Shown here piece after piece: positions 1 to 7,757 of a DNA stretch of 64,000 nt. A program made the translations under genes and the position numbers. Position 1 is the stretch's first letter, and each line of letters starts with the position of its first letter. The DNA lies in the NCBI GenBank assembly GCA_028823955.1, contig JAPPFE010000032.1:48892-112891 (forward strand), read 5' to 3'. Under the pieces are notes generated by a model. The model worked only from the letters and a program-made list of their open reading frames with translations, did not search any database and had not been told where the DNA came from. The stretch comes from Candidatus Dadabacteria bacterium (GTDB lineage: Bacteria > Desulfobacterota_D > UBA1144 > Nemesobacterales > Nemesobacteraceae).

Positions 1-67
1 GCCACCTGCGCAATTTCAGGCTCTGCAGAAAAGACAGCTGCTGCGAGCACTGAGCAAAATTTTTTAA
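1..67 (+). CDS. 3' end of an upstream gene that runs off the window (partial, unidentified)
   Basis: Frame 2 is open from the window edge and reads ...PPAQFQALQKRQLLRALSKIF with TAA at 65-67, 9 nt before the next start. Too short to identify. Confidence 0.3.
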   Translation, partial: PPAQFQALQKRQLLRALSKIF

Positions 68-76
68 TAGGGAGTT

Positions 77-895
77 ATGCGGATGAGCGACGAATCCCAA
101 AACACTGACAAAGTCATTAATGCTGCAACGAAAATTATAGACTTGGCAGCTGATTCTCCTGAGCTAAGTGAAGCTGGACATAAGTTCGCAAAATCAGCTC
201 TCACTATTGCAAAGGCAGTTGATAATTGTCTACTTCCTATAGCAGCGGTTAATTTTGCCTTTGATAAAGCTAGAAAATATTTTGAGAATAGATTTCAAAA
301 AGATTTGGAAAAAGCAACAAATGATATTCCTGCTGAGGACCTTATAGAACCAAAAGCTTCAGTGGCAGCTCCGGTTTTACAGGGCTTAGCATTTTCCCAC
401 GAAGAACAAGACTTAAAAATGATGTATTTGAAATTGCTGAGTTCAGCAATGGACGGTCGGAAGGCTGGCAGTGTGCACCCCGCATACGCAGAAATTATTC
501 GTCAACTCACTTCAGATGAAGCGCGTTTATTGAATCAAGTAATAGATGGCAGGCCTAGAATCCCTATTGTTACACTTAAGGGTTGGGACCAGATCGGAAT
601 AACAAAGATGCACAAAAACATACTTCCTTACAGTGATGTTAATACTGGAGAACAGATAGCGGCCCCTAAATTGCCTTCTATGATTGATAATTGGCAAAGG
701 TTGGAATTAATTTCTATTACTTACGAATTTCATCTTGTTGCAACGGGAGAATACGATTGGGTTCAATCACGACCGGAATATATTGAATTGAAAGAAGAGA
801 CAGAGAAAGAAGTGGAAATCGAGAAAGGGATTATGGAATTGACTGCATTTGGCAAATTATTCGCAGAAGCGGTAGGTAAAAAGCCGAAGTTGTAA
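77..895 (+). CDS. Abi-alpha (DUF4393) family protein, putative abortive-infection/defence protein
   Basis: 272-aa ORF. The block IPAEDLIEPKASVAAPVLQGLAFSHEEQDLKMMYLKLLSSAMD...HPAYAEIIRQLTSDEARLL matches the Abi_alpha core as I remember it. GGGAG lies upstream, and the ATG at 83 is better spaced than the one at 77. AT-rich relative to neighbours. Confidence 0.6.
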   Translation: MRMSDESQNTDKVINAATKIIDLAADSPELSEAGHKFAKSALTIAKAVDNCLLPIAAVNFAFDKARKYFENRFQKDLEKATNDIPAEDLIEPKASVAAPVLQGLAFSHEEQDLKMMYLKLLSSAMDGRKAGSVHPAYAEIIRQLTSDEARLLNQVIDGRPRIPIVTLKGWDQIGITKMHKNILPYSDVNTGEQIAAPKLPSMIDNWQRLELISITYEFHLVATGEYDWVQSRPEYIELKEETEKEVEIEKGIMELTAFGKLFAEAVGKKPKL

Positions 896-896
896 C

Positions 897-1019
897 ATGC
901 CTATAGCTTGGAGTTGTCCTGAAATTGTAGTGATTGGAACTTCTTGGAATAAGGGAGATATGGAGTCGGTAGATTTTTTGCGGAGAATTGATAAAGAAAA
1001 ATTTAAAATTTTTTCTTGA
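897..1019 (+). CDS. 40-codon mini-ORF starting 1 nt after the Abi-alpha stop (relic or small partner; speculative)
   Basis: ATG 897 to TGA 1017-1019 gives MPIAWSCPEIVVIGTSWNKGDMESVDFLRRIDKEKFKIFS. Same AT-rich composition as the gene before it. No recognisable family. Confidence 0.2.
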   Translation: MPIAWSCPEIVVIGTSWNKGDMESVDFLRRIDKEKFKIFS

Positions 1020-1043
1020 AAACAGTTTTTTTTCGTGGATAAT
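1016..1043 (+). promoter_or_regulatory. candidate sigma-70 promoter of rpmG-rpmB
   Basis: TTGAAA (1016-1021), 16-nt spacer, GATAAT (1038-1043), about 27 nt upstream of the rpmG ATG. GGGGG Shine-Dalgarno at 1060-1064. Confidence 0.4.
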
Positions 1044-1069
1044 AACCATTCACTTTTTCGGGGGTTGCA

Positions 1070-1231
1070 ATGGGAAAATCGTTAAACAGAATACTTGTCA
1101 AGATGAAAAGCACCGAGAGTCCTTACATCTACTACACGAAGAAAAATAAGATGAATACTCCGGACCGCCTTGAACTGAAAAAGTACGACCCGGTGATAAG
1201 AAAGCACGTCGTCTTCAAGGAGACCAAGTAG
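1070..1231 (+). CDS. rpmG: 50S ribosomal protein L33
   Basis: 53-aa ORF missed by the 60-aa track cutoff: [53 protein letters not shown]. Typical L33 sequence, directly upstream of rpmB. Confidence 0.9.
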   Translation: MGKSLNRILVKMKSTESPYIYYTKKNKMNTPDRLELKKYDPVIRKHVVFKETK

Positions 1232-1246
1232 TCAGAGGAGACCACG

Positions 1247-1486
1247 ATGGCCCGCCGTTGCGCTATAACAGGAAAAAAACCCCTTTTCGGAAACAACGTC
1301 TCCCACGCGAACAACCACGTTAAAAGACGCCAGAATCCGAACCTGCACTGGAAGAGAATCTACGTTCCCGAGCTAGACAGGTACGTGAGAATAAGGATTT
1401 CTGCCCGCGCGCTGAGAACGATCACCAAAAAAGGCCTTATGCCTTACCTTAGGGACGAGGGTCTTACCCTGAGAGATATAACTTAA
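1247..1486 (+). CDS. rpmB: 50S ribosomal protein L28
   Basis: MARRCAITGKKPLFGNNVSHANNHVKRRQNPNL... is the canonical L28 N-terminus. 79 aa. Confidence 0.95.
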   Translation: MARRCAITGKKPLFGNNVSHANNHVKRRQNPNLHWKRIYVPELDRYVRIRISARALRTITKKGLMPYLRDEGLTLRDIT

Positions 1487-1563
1487 TCGTTCCCTTCCTG
1501 CCGCAAGCATAAATTACCGTTAATGCGTTTCCATTAAGCCGTATTGAGATAGAGGGGAAACTG

Positions 1564-2268
1564 ATGTCCGGGAAAAACCTAATCGCCAAGCAGGTAGTAC
1601 GCTGTTCAATCGTCTCGGAAAATGCGGAACTGGGAGACGAATTTTTTCCGGCTCACTTGTCAGTTGCTCTCATTGACACAGTATTCAATCCGCAGCTTCG
1701 TTATAAGACAATGGTTGTACCAATCATTGAACGCTACTGCCGCTGTTTCGGTCTTCGTAGAACTAGAAACAACCGGGAAAATCTTCCTCCGGCGGAAGAA
1801 CAGGAAACGCTTCGGGATCTGATCGGTCACTACGAAGAGTACGGCCTGGAGTACATGAAAGAAGAAGTTTTTGCCGCCCGCTACCGTTCGCCGGGGACAA
1901 ATATTACGAAAGCCGAAAACGTTCTTCTCGCCGCGGCTGAACTGCAAAAAATCGGAATCGACACGCTTCAGGACGCACGCGAGGCTTCTCTTGAACATCC
2001 CGGAGAGGTTAATAATGCTCTTATAAAGTTGCACGGAATTGGCGAAAGGACAATTAACATGTTTCTCATGTACTCGGGCAACGACGATTTCGTGAAGGGA
2101 GACGTTCATGTCTGCAGATTCGTGGAGAAAGCGCTGGGAAGGAAAGTTTCCGCCGCGGAGGCCGAAAAATCCATTAAGGACGCCGCGCGGGAGCTCAAAA
2201 TCTCCCCGAGAATTCTGGACTACAAAATATGGGAGTACGAATCTCAGCCTAAACCAGCCAAGAAATAA
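1564..2268 (+). CDS. HhH-GPD-like (helix-hairpin-helix) protein of unknown function
   Basis: 234 aa. LHGIGERTINMFLMYSGNDDFVKGDVHVCRF resembles the endonuclease III-type HhH plus loop plus catalytic-Asp segment (LPGVGRKTANVVL...VDTHIFRV). The rest is not recognisable and there is no Fe-S Cys cluster. Confidence 0.55.
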   Translation: MSGKNLIAKQVVRCSIVSENAELGDEFFPAHLSVALIDTVFNPQLRYKTMVVPIIERYCRCFGLRRTRNNRENLPPAEEQETLRDLIGHYEEYGLEYMKEEVFAARYRSPGTNITKAENVLLAAAELQKIGIDTLQDAREASLEHPGEVNNALIKLHGIGERTINMFLMYSGNDDFVKGDVHVCRFVEKALGRKVSAAEAEKSIKDAARELKISPRILDYKIWEYESQPKPAKK

Positions 2269-3136
2269 CGAACGGAAGAACCAAAAGGGAAACTGCCGTT
2301 CCAGCCACTATTATTGATGCGACCGTCTCGGAATCCCTGCCGTATTTCTCCGCGAGCACGAAGTTAAAAACCGCGGGAGGCATTGCGCACTCCAAGATAA
2401 TCACTTTCGCCTCCACTCCCTTCAGGCCGACTGCGTTTACGAACAGCGCTCCGAGAATTACGCCGAGAAATATTCTGGCGGAGCCGAAGAAAAAGGAAAG
2501 CCAAAGTCTGGAGATCTTCATTTCGGAGAGTTTGTACCCGAGCGAGAAGAGCATTGCAGGTATGGTGATATCCCCGAGAAGGGCTACGGGCCTCTCGATA
2601 ACTACCGGGATCTGAAAGCCGACCGAGTTTATGATTATTCCGGCTACGGTGGCGTATATAAGAGGAAGCCTGAATATCTCGCGCAGGTGATTCTTTCCGG
2701 ACCCGAGAATCATAATTCCCACCGTATAGTGAAGCAGCATGGTCGAAACGACACAGAGTATCGCGATATTGAACCCATACTGTCCGAAGGCGAAAAGACA
2801 AAGGGGAAGTCCCAGGTTTCCCGTGTTCGCGAAAACCACGGGGGGCAGATATACCCTCGAGTCAAGCCGAAGCGCTTTTGTAAGTGCCCCGCCGATTATT
2901 ATGGTAGAGAAAATGACCGCCGATATCGAGAGAAACAGCTTCGCCGTCACAGACGGGTCCATCGTGAAATCCGAGAGAGACGAGATTATCAGACACGGCG
3001 TGGTCACGTAGACCACAAGATCGTTGATTGAGGAGATGTCTATTTTTTTCGTCCTGCTGAAGAGAAAACCCGCGGCGATTACAAGAAACGCCGGCAGGAC
3101 GATGTTTGCAAGCTCTGGGATTGAGGAGAGAGTCAT
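2249..3136 (-). CDS. AEC (auxin efflux carrier) family membrane transporter
   Basis: 295 aa, polytopic and hydrophobic. N-terminus MTLSSIPELANIVLPAFLVIAAGFLF... is typical of the AEC/membrane transport family. Its 3' end overlaps the convergent HhH gene by 20 nt. Confidence 0.8.
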   Translation of the reverse strand: MTLSSIPELANIVLPAFLVIAAGFLFSRTKKIDISSINDLVVYVTTPCLIISSLSDFTMDPSVTAKLFLSISAVIFSTIIIGGALTKALRLDSRVYLPPVVFANTGNLGLPLCLFAFGQYGFNIAILCVVSTMLLHYTVGIMILGSGKNHLREIFRLPLIYATVAGIIINSVGFQIPVVIERPVALLGDITIPAMLFSLGYKLSEMKISRLWLSFFFGSARIFLGVILGALFVNAVGLKGVEAKVIILECAMPPAVFNFVLAEKYGRDSETVASIIVAGTAVSLLVLPFVISWLV

Positions 3137-3206
3137 GTTCTGCGTTTTGCTGCGAAGAAAGCAAGCCGCATCCTTGACAAGCCCGATGCGGCGCCATGGA
3201 AGGTGC

Positions 3207-4202
3207 TCAGAATTTTACCACCGAAGCGCCCCAGGTAAAACCGGCTCCGAAAGCCGCGAACAGCACAAGGCTTCCTTCTCCTACGCTTCCCTGGCGAACC
3301 GCCTCGTCAAGGGCGAGCGGAATGGATGCCCCTGAGGTGTTCCCGTATTTGTCGAGGTTCGCGAACACTTTTTCCTCCGGGAAATCAAGTCTTTTCCTCA
3401 CGGCTTCCAAAATCCTGTAGTTTGCCTGGTGCGGGACGAAGAGATCGATGTCCTTGGGGGAGATGTCTGCCTTGGCGATGGCGTCCACGGTTACCGACTC
3501 CATGCTCTTGACCGCAACTTTGAAAACATCGTTTCCCTTCATCTTTATGTACTGCTCTCTGGTCTTAAGCACTTCCTCGTCAATCGGAGTTCTCGATCCT
3601 CCCGCCGGGACGTAGAGAAGGTCCCAGTCATTTCCGTCCGAACTGAGAACGGATGAGAGAATTCCAGGTTCGTCAGAAGCGGTGAGAACCGCTGCGCCCG
3701 CCCCGTCACCGAAAAGTATGCAGGTTGAGCGGTCCTCGAAGTCGGTGACTTTCGAGAGAACGTCCACGCCTATGGCGAGAATTTTCTCCGCGCCGCCCGA
3801 TTTTATTATTCCCTCGGCAACATGAAGCGTATAGAGAAATCCCGAGCAGCCGGCCATAAGATCGAAGGCGTAAGCCTTCTTCGCTCCGAGGCGGCTCTGG
3901 AGAATGCAGCCTGTTGAGGGGAAGATGAAATCCGGGGTTATGGTTCCGACTATGATCACGTCGAGCTGCTGCGGGCTTACGCCGGCTGCCTTCAGTGCTT
4001 TTTCGGCGGCTCCATAGGCGACATCGGAGGCGGCGGTGTTTTCATCCGCGATTCTGCGTTCCTTTATCCCGGTTCTGGATGTAATCCACTCGTCGGAGGT
4101 ATCGACCATCTTTTCCAGGTCTGAATTGGAAAGTACGGTTTCGGGAACCGAAGAACCGGTTCCTATGATCTTTGCGTATTTCAACTTGGAATTTTTCTCC
4201 AA
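3207..4202 (-). CDS. fabH: 3-oxoacyl-ACP synthase III
   Basis: AKIIGTGSSVPETVLSNSDLEKMVDTSDEWITSRTGIKERRIA, the active-site region AGCSGFLY, and C-terminal GAGFTWGA are all FabH hallmarks. Confidence 0.95.
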   Translation of the reverse strand: MEKNSKLKYAKIIGTGSSVPETVLSNSDLEKMVDTSDEWITSRTGIKERRIADENTAASDVAYGAAEKALKAAGVSPQQLDVIIVGTITPDFIFPSTGCILQSRLGAKKAYAFDLMAGCSGFLYTLHVAEGIIKSGGAEKILAIGVDVLSKVTDFEDRSTCILFGDGAGAAVLTASDEPGILSSVLSSDGNDWDLLYVPAGGSRTPIDEEVLKTREQYIKMKGNDVFKVAVKSMESVTVDAIAKADISPKDIDLFVPHQANYRILEAVRKRLDFPEEKVFANLDKYGNTSGASIPLALDEAVRQGSVGEGSLVLFAAFGAGFTWGASVVKF

Positions 4203-4249
4203 AACGGTAAGCGCAATAATAGTTTAAAGCCCTAATTTTGTCAACCAGA

Positions 4250-4699
4250 CTATATGTGGGCGGTAACGATCTTTTTAAGCGGTTCTATCTCTGCCTCGGC
4301 CATCTCCGCCGTAATCGCGCAATGCGTATCATCGCAGAGAAAAATAAGGGAGAACACCCCGAGTCTCGCCAAGGTGGAGAGGAAAAAGGTCTCCTCCGAA
4401 GACTCGGTGAGGAAAAAGTACTCGTACTTCAGCCTGAGATTTTTGCCCGTCGTTATCCTTATTTCCATGGCGACCGAGGGAAATTCCTCTTTCTCGACCG
4501 CAAAAAACCGAGTTGATATTTTTCGGATATCGCCAAGCGTGGCGATTTTTTCCGGGCTTTCCTTGAAAATCATCAAACATTCCTCTTCCGTTGCGTGCGG
4601 TACGCAGCCGTAGAGGATTTGGGAGAGCGCTATCTGCAGTTCAACATCCTGCTCAAGCGTGTCATATGTTGTTTGAGGCGTCGAAAAGATGCTTGACAT
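4250..4699 (-). CDS. hypothetical protein
   Basis: 149-aa ORF, co-directional with and 47 nt upstream of fabH. No motif recognised. A 119-aa ORF on the opposite strand overlaps it and looks less protein-like. Confidence 0.45.
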   Translation of the reverse strand: MSSIFSTPQTTYDTLEQDVELQIALSQILYGCVPHATEEECLMIFKESPEKIATLGDIRKISTRFFAVEKEEFPSVAMEIRITTGKNLRLKYEYFFLTESSEETFFLSTLARLGVFSLIFLCDDTHCAITAEMAEAEIEPLKKIVTAHI

Positions 4700-4808
4700 A
4701 TTGTTTCATGAATCAGTATCATTAAAAGTAGGTTTAAGGTTTTTGCGGGCTTTAGATTAGTGGGCCTAGCATAGTAGTATAAAGAGTATCAGGAGGATAG
4801 ATAGTCTC

Positions 4809-5057
4809 ATGACAATACAAGGCAATGAGTTAGTGCTGTTAGCTATCGTAATTCTTATCATAGGGATAGTCCTTATGTTAAACGAAGGAGGAGGTGGTGG
4901 GCAGCAGGCTGCCGAACCACCCGCTCCGCCTGAACCCCAAGAGCCCCAAGGCGATGTGGATCCTTTTCAGTCCGCACAGGGGGCGCCTCAGGAAGCGAGT
5001 GCTGCAGCTCCCGCGGCTCCCTCAGGAGAAGCGGATCCCTTTCAGGCCCCGCAATAA
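4809..5057 (+). CDS. small single-pass membrane protein with two DPFQ motifs (paralogue 1)
   Basis: AGGAGG lies 13 nt upstream. One TM helix (LVLLAIVILIIGIVLML), a Gly run, then a Pro/Ala/Glu-rich tail containing GDVDPFQSA and GEADPFQAP. Confidence 0.5.
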   Translation: MTIQGNELVLLAIVILIIGIVLMLNEGGGGGQQAAEPPAPPEPQEPQGDVDPFQSAQGAPQEASAAAPAAPSGEADPFQAPQ

Positions 5058-5062
5058 CCCAA

Positions 5063-5140
5063 AAAAGTCTGCAGGTGGAAATGATTTTTCACGTTTAGAA
5101 CCGAGTTGGCCTTCGGTCATTGCGTGAATGTATGTGGGTG
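5063..5140. repeat. direct repeat copy A (degenerate relic of the 3' end of the btuF-like gene)
   Basis: aaaagtctgcagGTGGaaatgatttttcacgtttagaaccgagttggccTtcgg...tgcgtgaat is near-identical to 5321-5400. On the reverse strand it reads HPHTFTQ then a stop, so it is non-functional. Confidence 0.85.
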
Positions 5141-5315
5141 GGTAACACTCCCCAGTAGTTCAGTATTTTTAATCATAGGAGTGTTTCTTATGTCAAATGG
5201 AGGAGGAGACGCAGACCCTTTTCGGTCCGCGGTAGCACCTGCAAGCGCTGAAGCTCCTTCAGATTCCGATGTTGCCTCAGGAGAAGTGGATCCTTTTCAG
5301 GTTCCGAAGTCTTAA
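5106..5315 (+). CDS. small single-pass membrane protein with DPFR/DPFQ motifs (paralogue 2; start uncertain)
   Basis: TM helix VFLIIGVFLM, then GGG, then GDADPFRSA ... GEVDPFQVP. Same architecture as 4809-5057. Possible starts are ATG 5106 or GTG 5124. Its stop shares a TTAA with the stop of the convergent gene. Confidence 0.45.
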   Translation: MAFGHCVNVCGWVTLPSSSVFLIIGVFLMSNGGGDADPFRSAVAPASAEAPSDSDVASGEVDPFQVPKS

Positions 5316-6262
5316 CCGAGAAAAGTCTGCAGATAGAAATGATTTTTCACGTTTAGAACCGAGTTGGCCCTCGGCTGCTGCGTGAATATGTCGGAGTGGA
5401 TTATTCCTGCCAGCAGTTCAATTCCGTCGACGATCCGGGGGGAAGGCCTGCTGAAATAGGAGTTAGCGTCCACTATGTAGCAGTGACCTTTTTTTACCGC
5501 GCGCAGCGCATGCCATTGCCTTACCCCGCTTGTCACATCCTCTATCCCATCAAGTGTTTTCTCTACGTCAAACCCGCAGGGCATCAGGATCAGGTAGTCA
5601 GGCGATGACTCGAGTATCTCATCCCAGGTTGTTTTAAACGAAGGTTCTCCCGCCCTTGAGATTAGCGGTTCTCCCCCCGCCGTCTTTACCATCTCCGGCA
5701 CCCAGTGCCCGGCGGCGTAAGGAGGGTCAAGCCACTCAAGGCAGAAAACCCCTGGCTGGTACCTTTCTCCCGAGAGCTTTTTCTCGACGCTCTCGATTCT
5801 TTTGCGAAGACCATCCACGATCTGTGAGGCTTTTTCCCTGGTTCCGGTGACCTCTCCCAGAAGCAGTATGGAATCCATTATTTCCCCGATGGTGGAGGGC
5901 TCGAGAGACAGTACTTCGGGGCTGTTCTCAAGAATCTCGCAGACTTCCGTTACCTCGTTTTCGGATACGGCGCAGACATCGCAAAGTCCCTGGGTTATGA
6001 TAAGGTCCGGCTTTATCTCTCTAAGGCGCTCCGAATCGATCAGGTAGACGCTTTTTCCCTCCAGGCGGCTTCGGCTTACAAATTCGTCTATGTGCGCGCT
6101 TGAGAGCTTTCCCTTTTCTTTGAGGATGCTGTTTACGACCACGGGCTTGCTGCGTGCCTGGGGCGGATAATCGCATTCGTGGGTTACTGCGACCAGGTCC
6201 TCTTCAAGTCCGAGGGCAAATACTATCTCAGTTGAACTGGGAAGAAGTGAACATATTCTCAT
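5312..6262 (-). CDS. cobalamin/siderophore-type periplasmic-binding-protein family protein (BtuF-like), no signal peptide
   Basis: MRICSLLPSSTEIVFALGLEEDLVAVTHECDYP...IKPDLIITQGLCDVC...PDYLILMPCG fits the PBP type 2 (BtuF-like) fold family. Start placed at the internal ATG 6262, because the 35-aa upstream extension is basic junk. Confidence 0.75.
   Translation of the reverse strand: MRICSLLPSSTEIVFALGLEEDLVAVTHECDYPPQARSKPVVVNSILKEKGKLSSAHIDEFVSRSRLEGKSVYLIDSERLREIKPDLIITQGLCDVCAVSENEVTEVCEILENSPEVLSLEPSTIGEIMDSILLLGEVTGTREKASQIVDGLRKRIESVEKKLSGERYQPGVFCLEWLDPPYAAGHWVPEMVKTAGGEPLISRAGEPSFKTTWDEILESSPDYLILMPCGFDVEKTLDGIEDVTSGVRQWHALRAVKKGHCYIVDANSYFSRPSPRIVDGIELLAGIIHSDIFTQQPRANSVLNVKNHFYLQTFLG
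5321..5400. repeat. direct repeat copy B (lies inside the functional 3' end of the btuF-like gene)
   Basis: Counterpart of 5063-5140, offset by about 258 nt. On the minus strand it encodes ...HSDIFTQQPRANSVLNVKNHFYLQTFLG then the stop. Confidence 0.85.
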
Positions 6263-6351
6263 GGCAGTTATTATACAATCCACTGGCAAGGACCCCCAAG
6301 CCCTTCGCCGGCATTTCTTTTTTTGCCGCTTCGGCGTGTAAAATAGTATCC

Positions 6352-7755
6352 GTGAAGATCGTAACAAGATTCGCTCCCAGCCCCACCGGCGCTCTTCATG
6401 TGGGAGCGGCCCGCACCGCCATTTTCAACTGGCTTTTCTCCGCGAGTCTCGGAGGAGATTTCCTGCTCAGAATCGAGGATACCGACCGCGCCCGCTCCGA
6501 GGAGAAATTCGAACGGCAGATTATCGAATCTCTTAAGTGGCTCGGACTTGAGTGGCAAGGGGAAATTGTTCGGCAGTCAGAGCGGCTCGATACTTACGGT
6601 CGGCTTGCCGAGCGGCTTATTGACGAGGACAAGGCGTACAGATGCTACGTTACTACCGAGGAGCTTGGGCGCAGAAGAGAGGAGGCCAAGGAGAAAGGCG
6701 AGGTCTTCAGGTACAGAAGAGAATGGTCGCAACTCGGGGCGGCTCCTGGAAAACCCTACGCCGTGAGGCTTTCCGTGCCCCCCGGAGAGAAGATTTCCGT
6801 TGAGGACCTTGTCCGCGGCGGGATAGTTTTCAACTCTTCTGAAATAGAAGACTTCGTGATACTGAAAGCCGACGGATTTCCGACCTACAACTTCGCCGCG
6901 GCGGTTGATGACGCGCAGATGGATATATCTCACGTCATAAGGGGCGATGACCACATAATAAACGCCCCGAGACAGATACTGATAGCCGAGGCACTTGGCT
7001 TCTCAAAGCCGAAGCTTGCTCATGTTCCGATGATACTCGGTGCGGACGGAAAAAAACTCTCAAAGCGCCACGGTGCGGAATCCGTTACGGAGTACCGACT
7101 GCGCGGATATCTTCCGGAAGCGGTGCTTAATTATCTTGTGAGGCTGGGTTGGTCTTTCGGGGACCAGGAGATCTTCACAGCGCAGGAGCTTATTGAAAAA
7201 TTCAGCCTGAAAGGCATCGGAAAATCTCCCTCGGTGTTTGACCCTCAGAAATTTCTCTGGCTTAACGGAAAATACTTGAGGGACCTGCCCGAGGAGAGCA
7301 TATCAGAGAAAATAGTTCCTCTTATCACGCAAAAGGGACTTCCTAGGCCGTCTTCCGAACGGCTTTGTAAAGTAGTCGCGCAGATGCGGGAGCGTTCAGA
7401 GACTCTTAACGCAATAGTGGATCAGTCCCTTTACTTTTTCACCGACGATTTCGAGTACGACGAAAAGGCGGCGGAGAAGTTTCTAGTGGAGAGAAACGGC
7501 GAGATTTTCACGCTTCTGGCCGAGGAACTCTCCAACGTGGAGGATTTTTCCCATGATAATATTCATGGGGGTTTTGAGCGCGTGATGCAGCGAACGGGCC
7601 TCGGGCTCGGGAAAATAGCTCAGCCCGCCAGGGTTGCGCTTACCGGTTCTACGAAGAGTCCCGGGATTTTTGATGTTGTCGAGATACTGGGCAGAGACAC
7701 CGTAGCGCTGCGCCTCGCGAGGGCAATTGACTTTATAAGCTCCCGCATCGCCTGA
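6352..7755 (+). CDS. gltX: glutamyl-tRNA synthetase
   Basis: GTG start gives VKIVTRFAPSPTGALHVGAARTAIFNW (HIGH-type motif) and KLSKRHG (KMSKS motif). The track ORF starts 66 codons too early. Confidence 0.95.
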   Translation: MKIVTRFAPSPTGALHVGAARTAIFNWLFSASLGGDFLLRIEDTDRARSEEKFERQIIESLKWLGLEWQGEIVRQSERLDTYGRLAERLIDEDKAYRCYVTTEELGRRREEAKEKGEVFRYRREWSQLGAAPGKPYAVRLSVPPGEKISVEDLVRGGIVFNSSEIEDFVILKADGFPTYNFAAAVDDAQMDISHVIRGDDHIINAPRQILIAEALGFSKPKLAHVPMILGADGKKLSKRHGAESVTEYRLRGYLPEAVLNYLVRLGWSFGDQEIFTAQELIEKFSLKGIGKSPSVFDPQKFLWLNGKYLRDLPEESISEKIVPLITQKGLPRPSSERLCKVVAQMRERSETLNAIVDQSLYFFTDDFEYDEKAAEKFLVERNGEIFTLLAEELSNVEDFSHDNIHGGFERVMQRTGLGLGKIAQPARVALTGSTKSPGIFDVVEILGRDTVALRLARAIDFISSRIA

Positions 7756-7757
7756 AG

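Noticed and set aside
6154-6351. 5' extensions of track ORFs: gltX from 6154, btuF-like to 6367, accC from 9953, the TonB receptor to 20121, MBL from 31525, pyk to 40338, and mcrB to 51875.
   Set aside because: The extensions are non-conserved basic or low-complexity sequence, and they overlap neighbouring genes or regulatory RNA (the riboswitch). Each is followed by an internal start with a proper ribosome-binding site and a canonical protein N-terminus.
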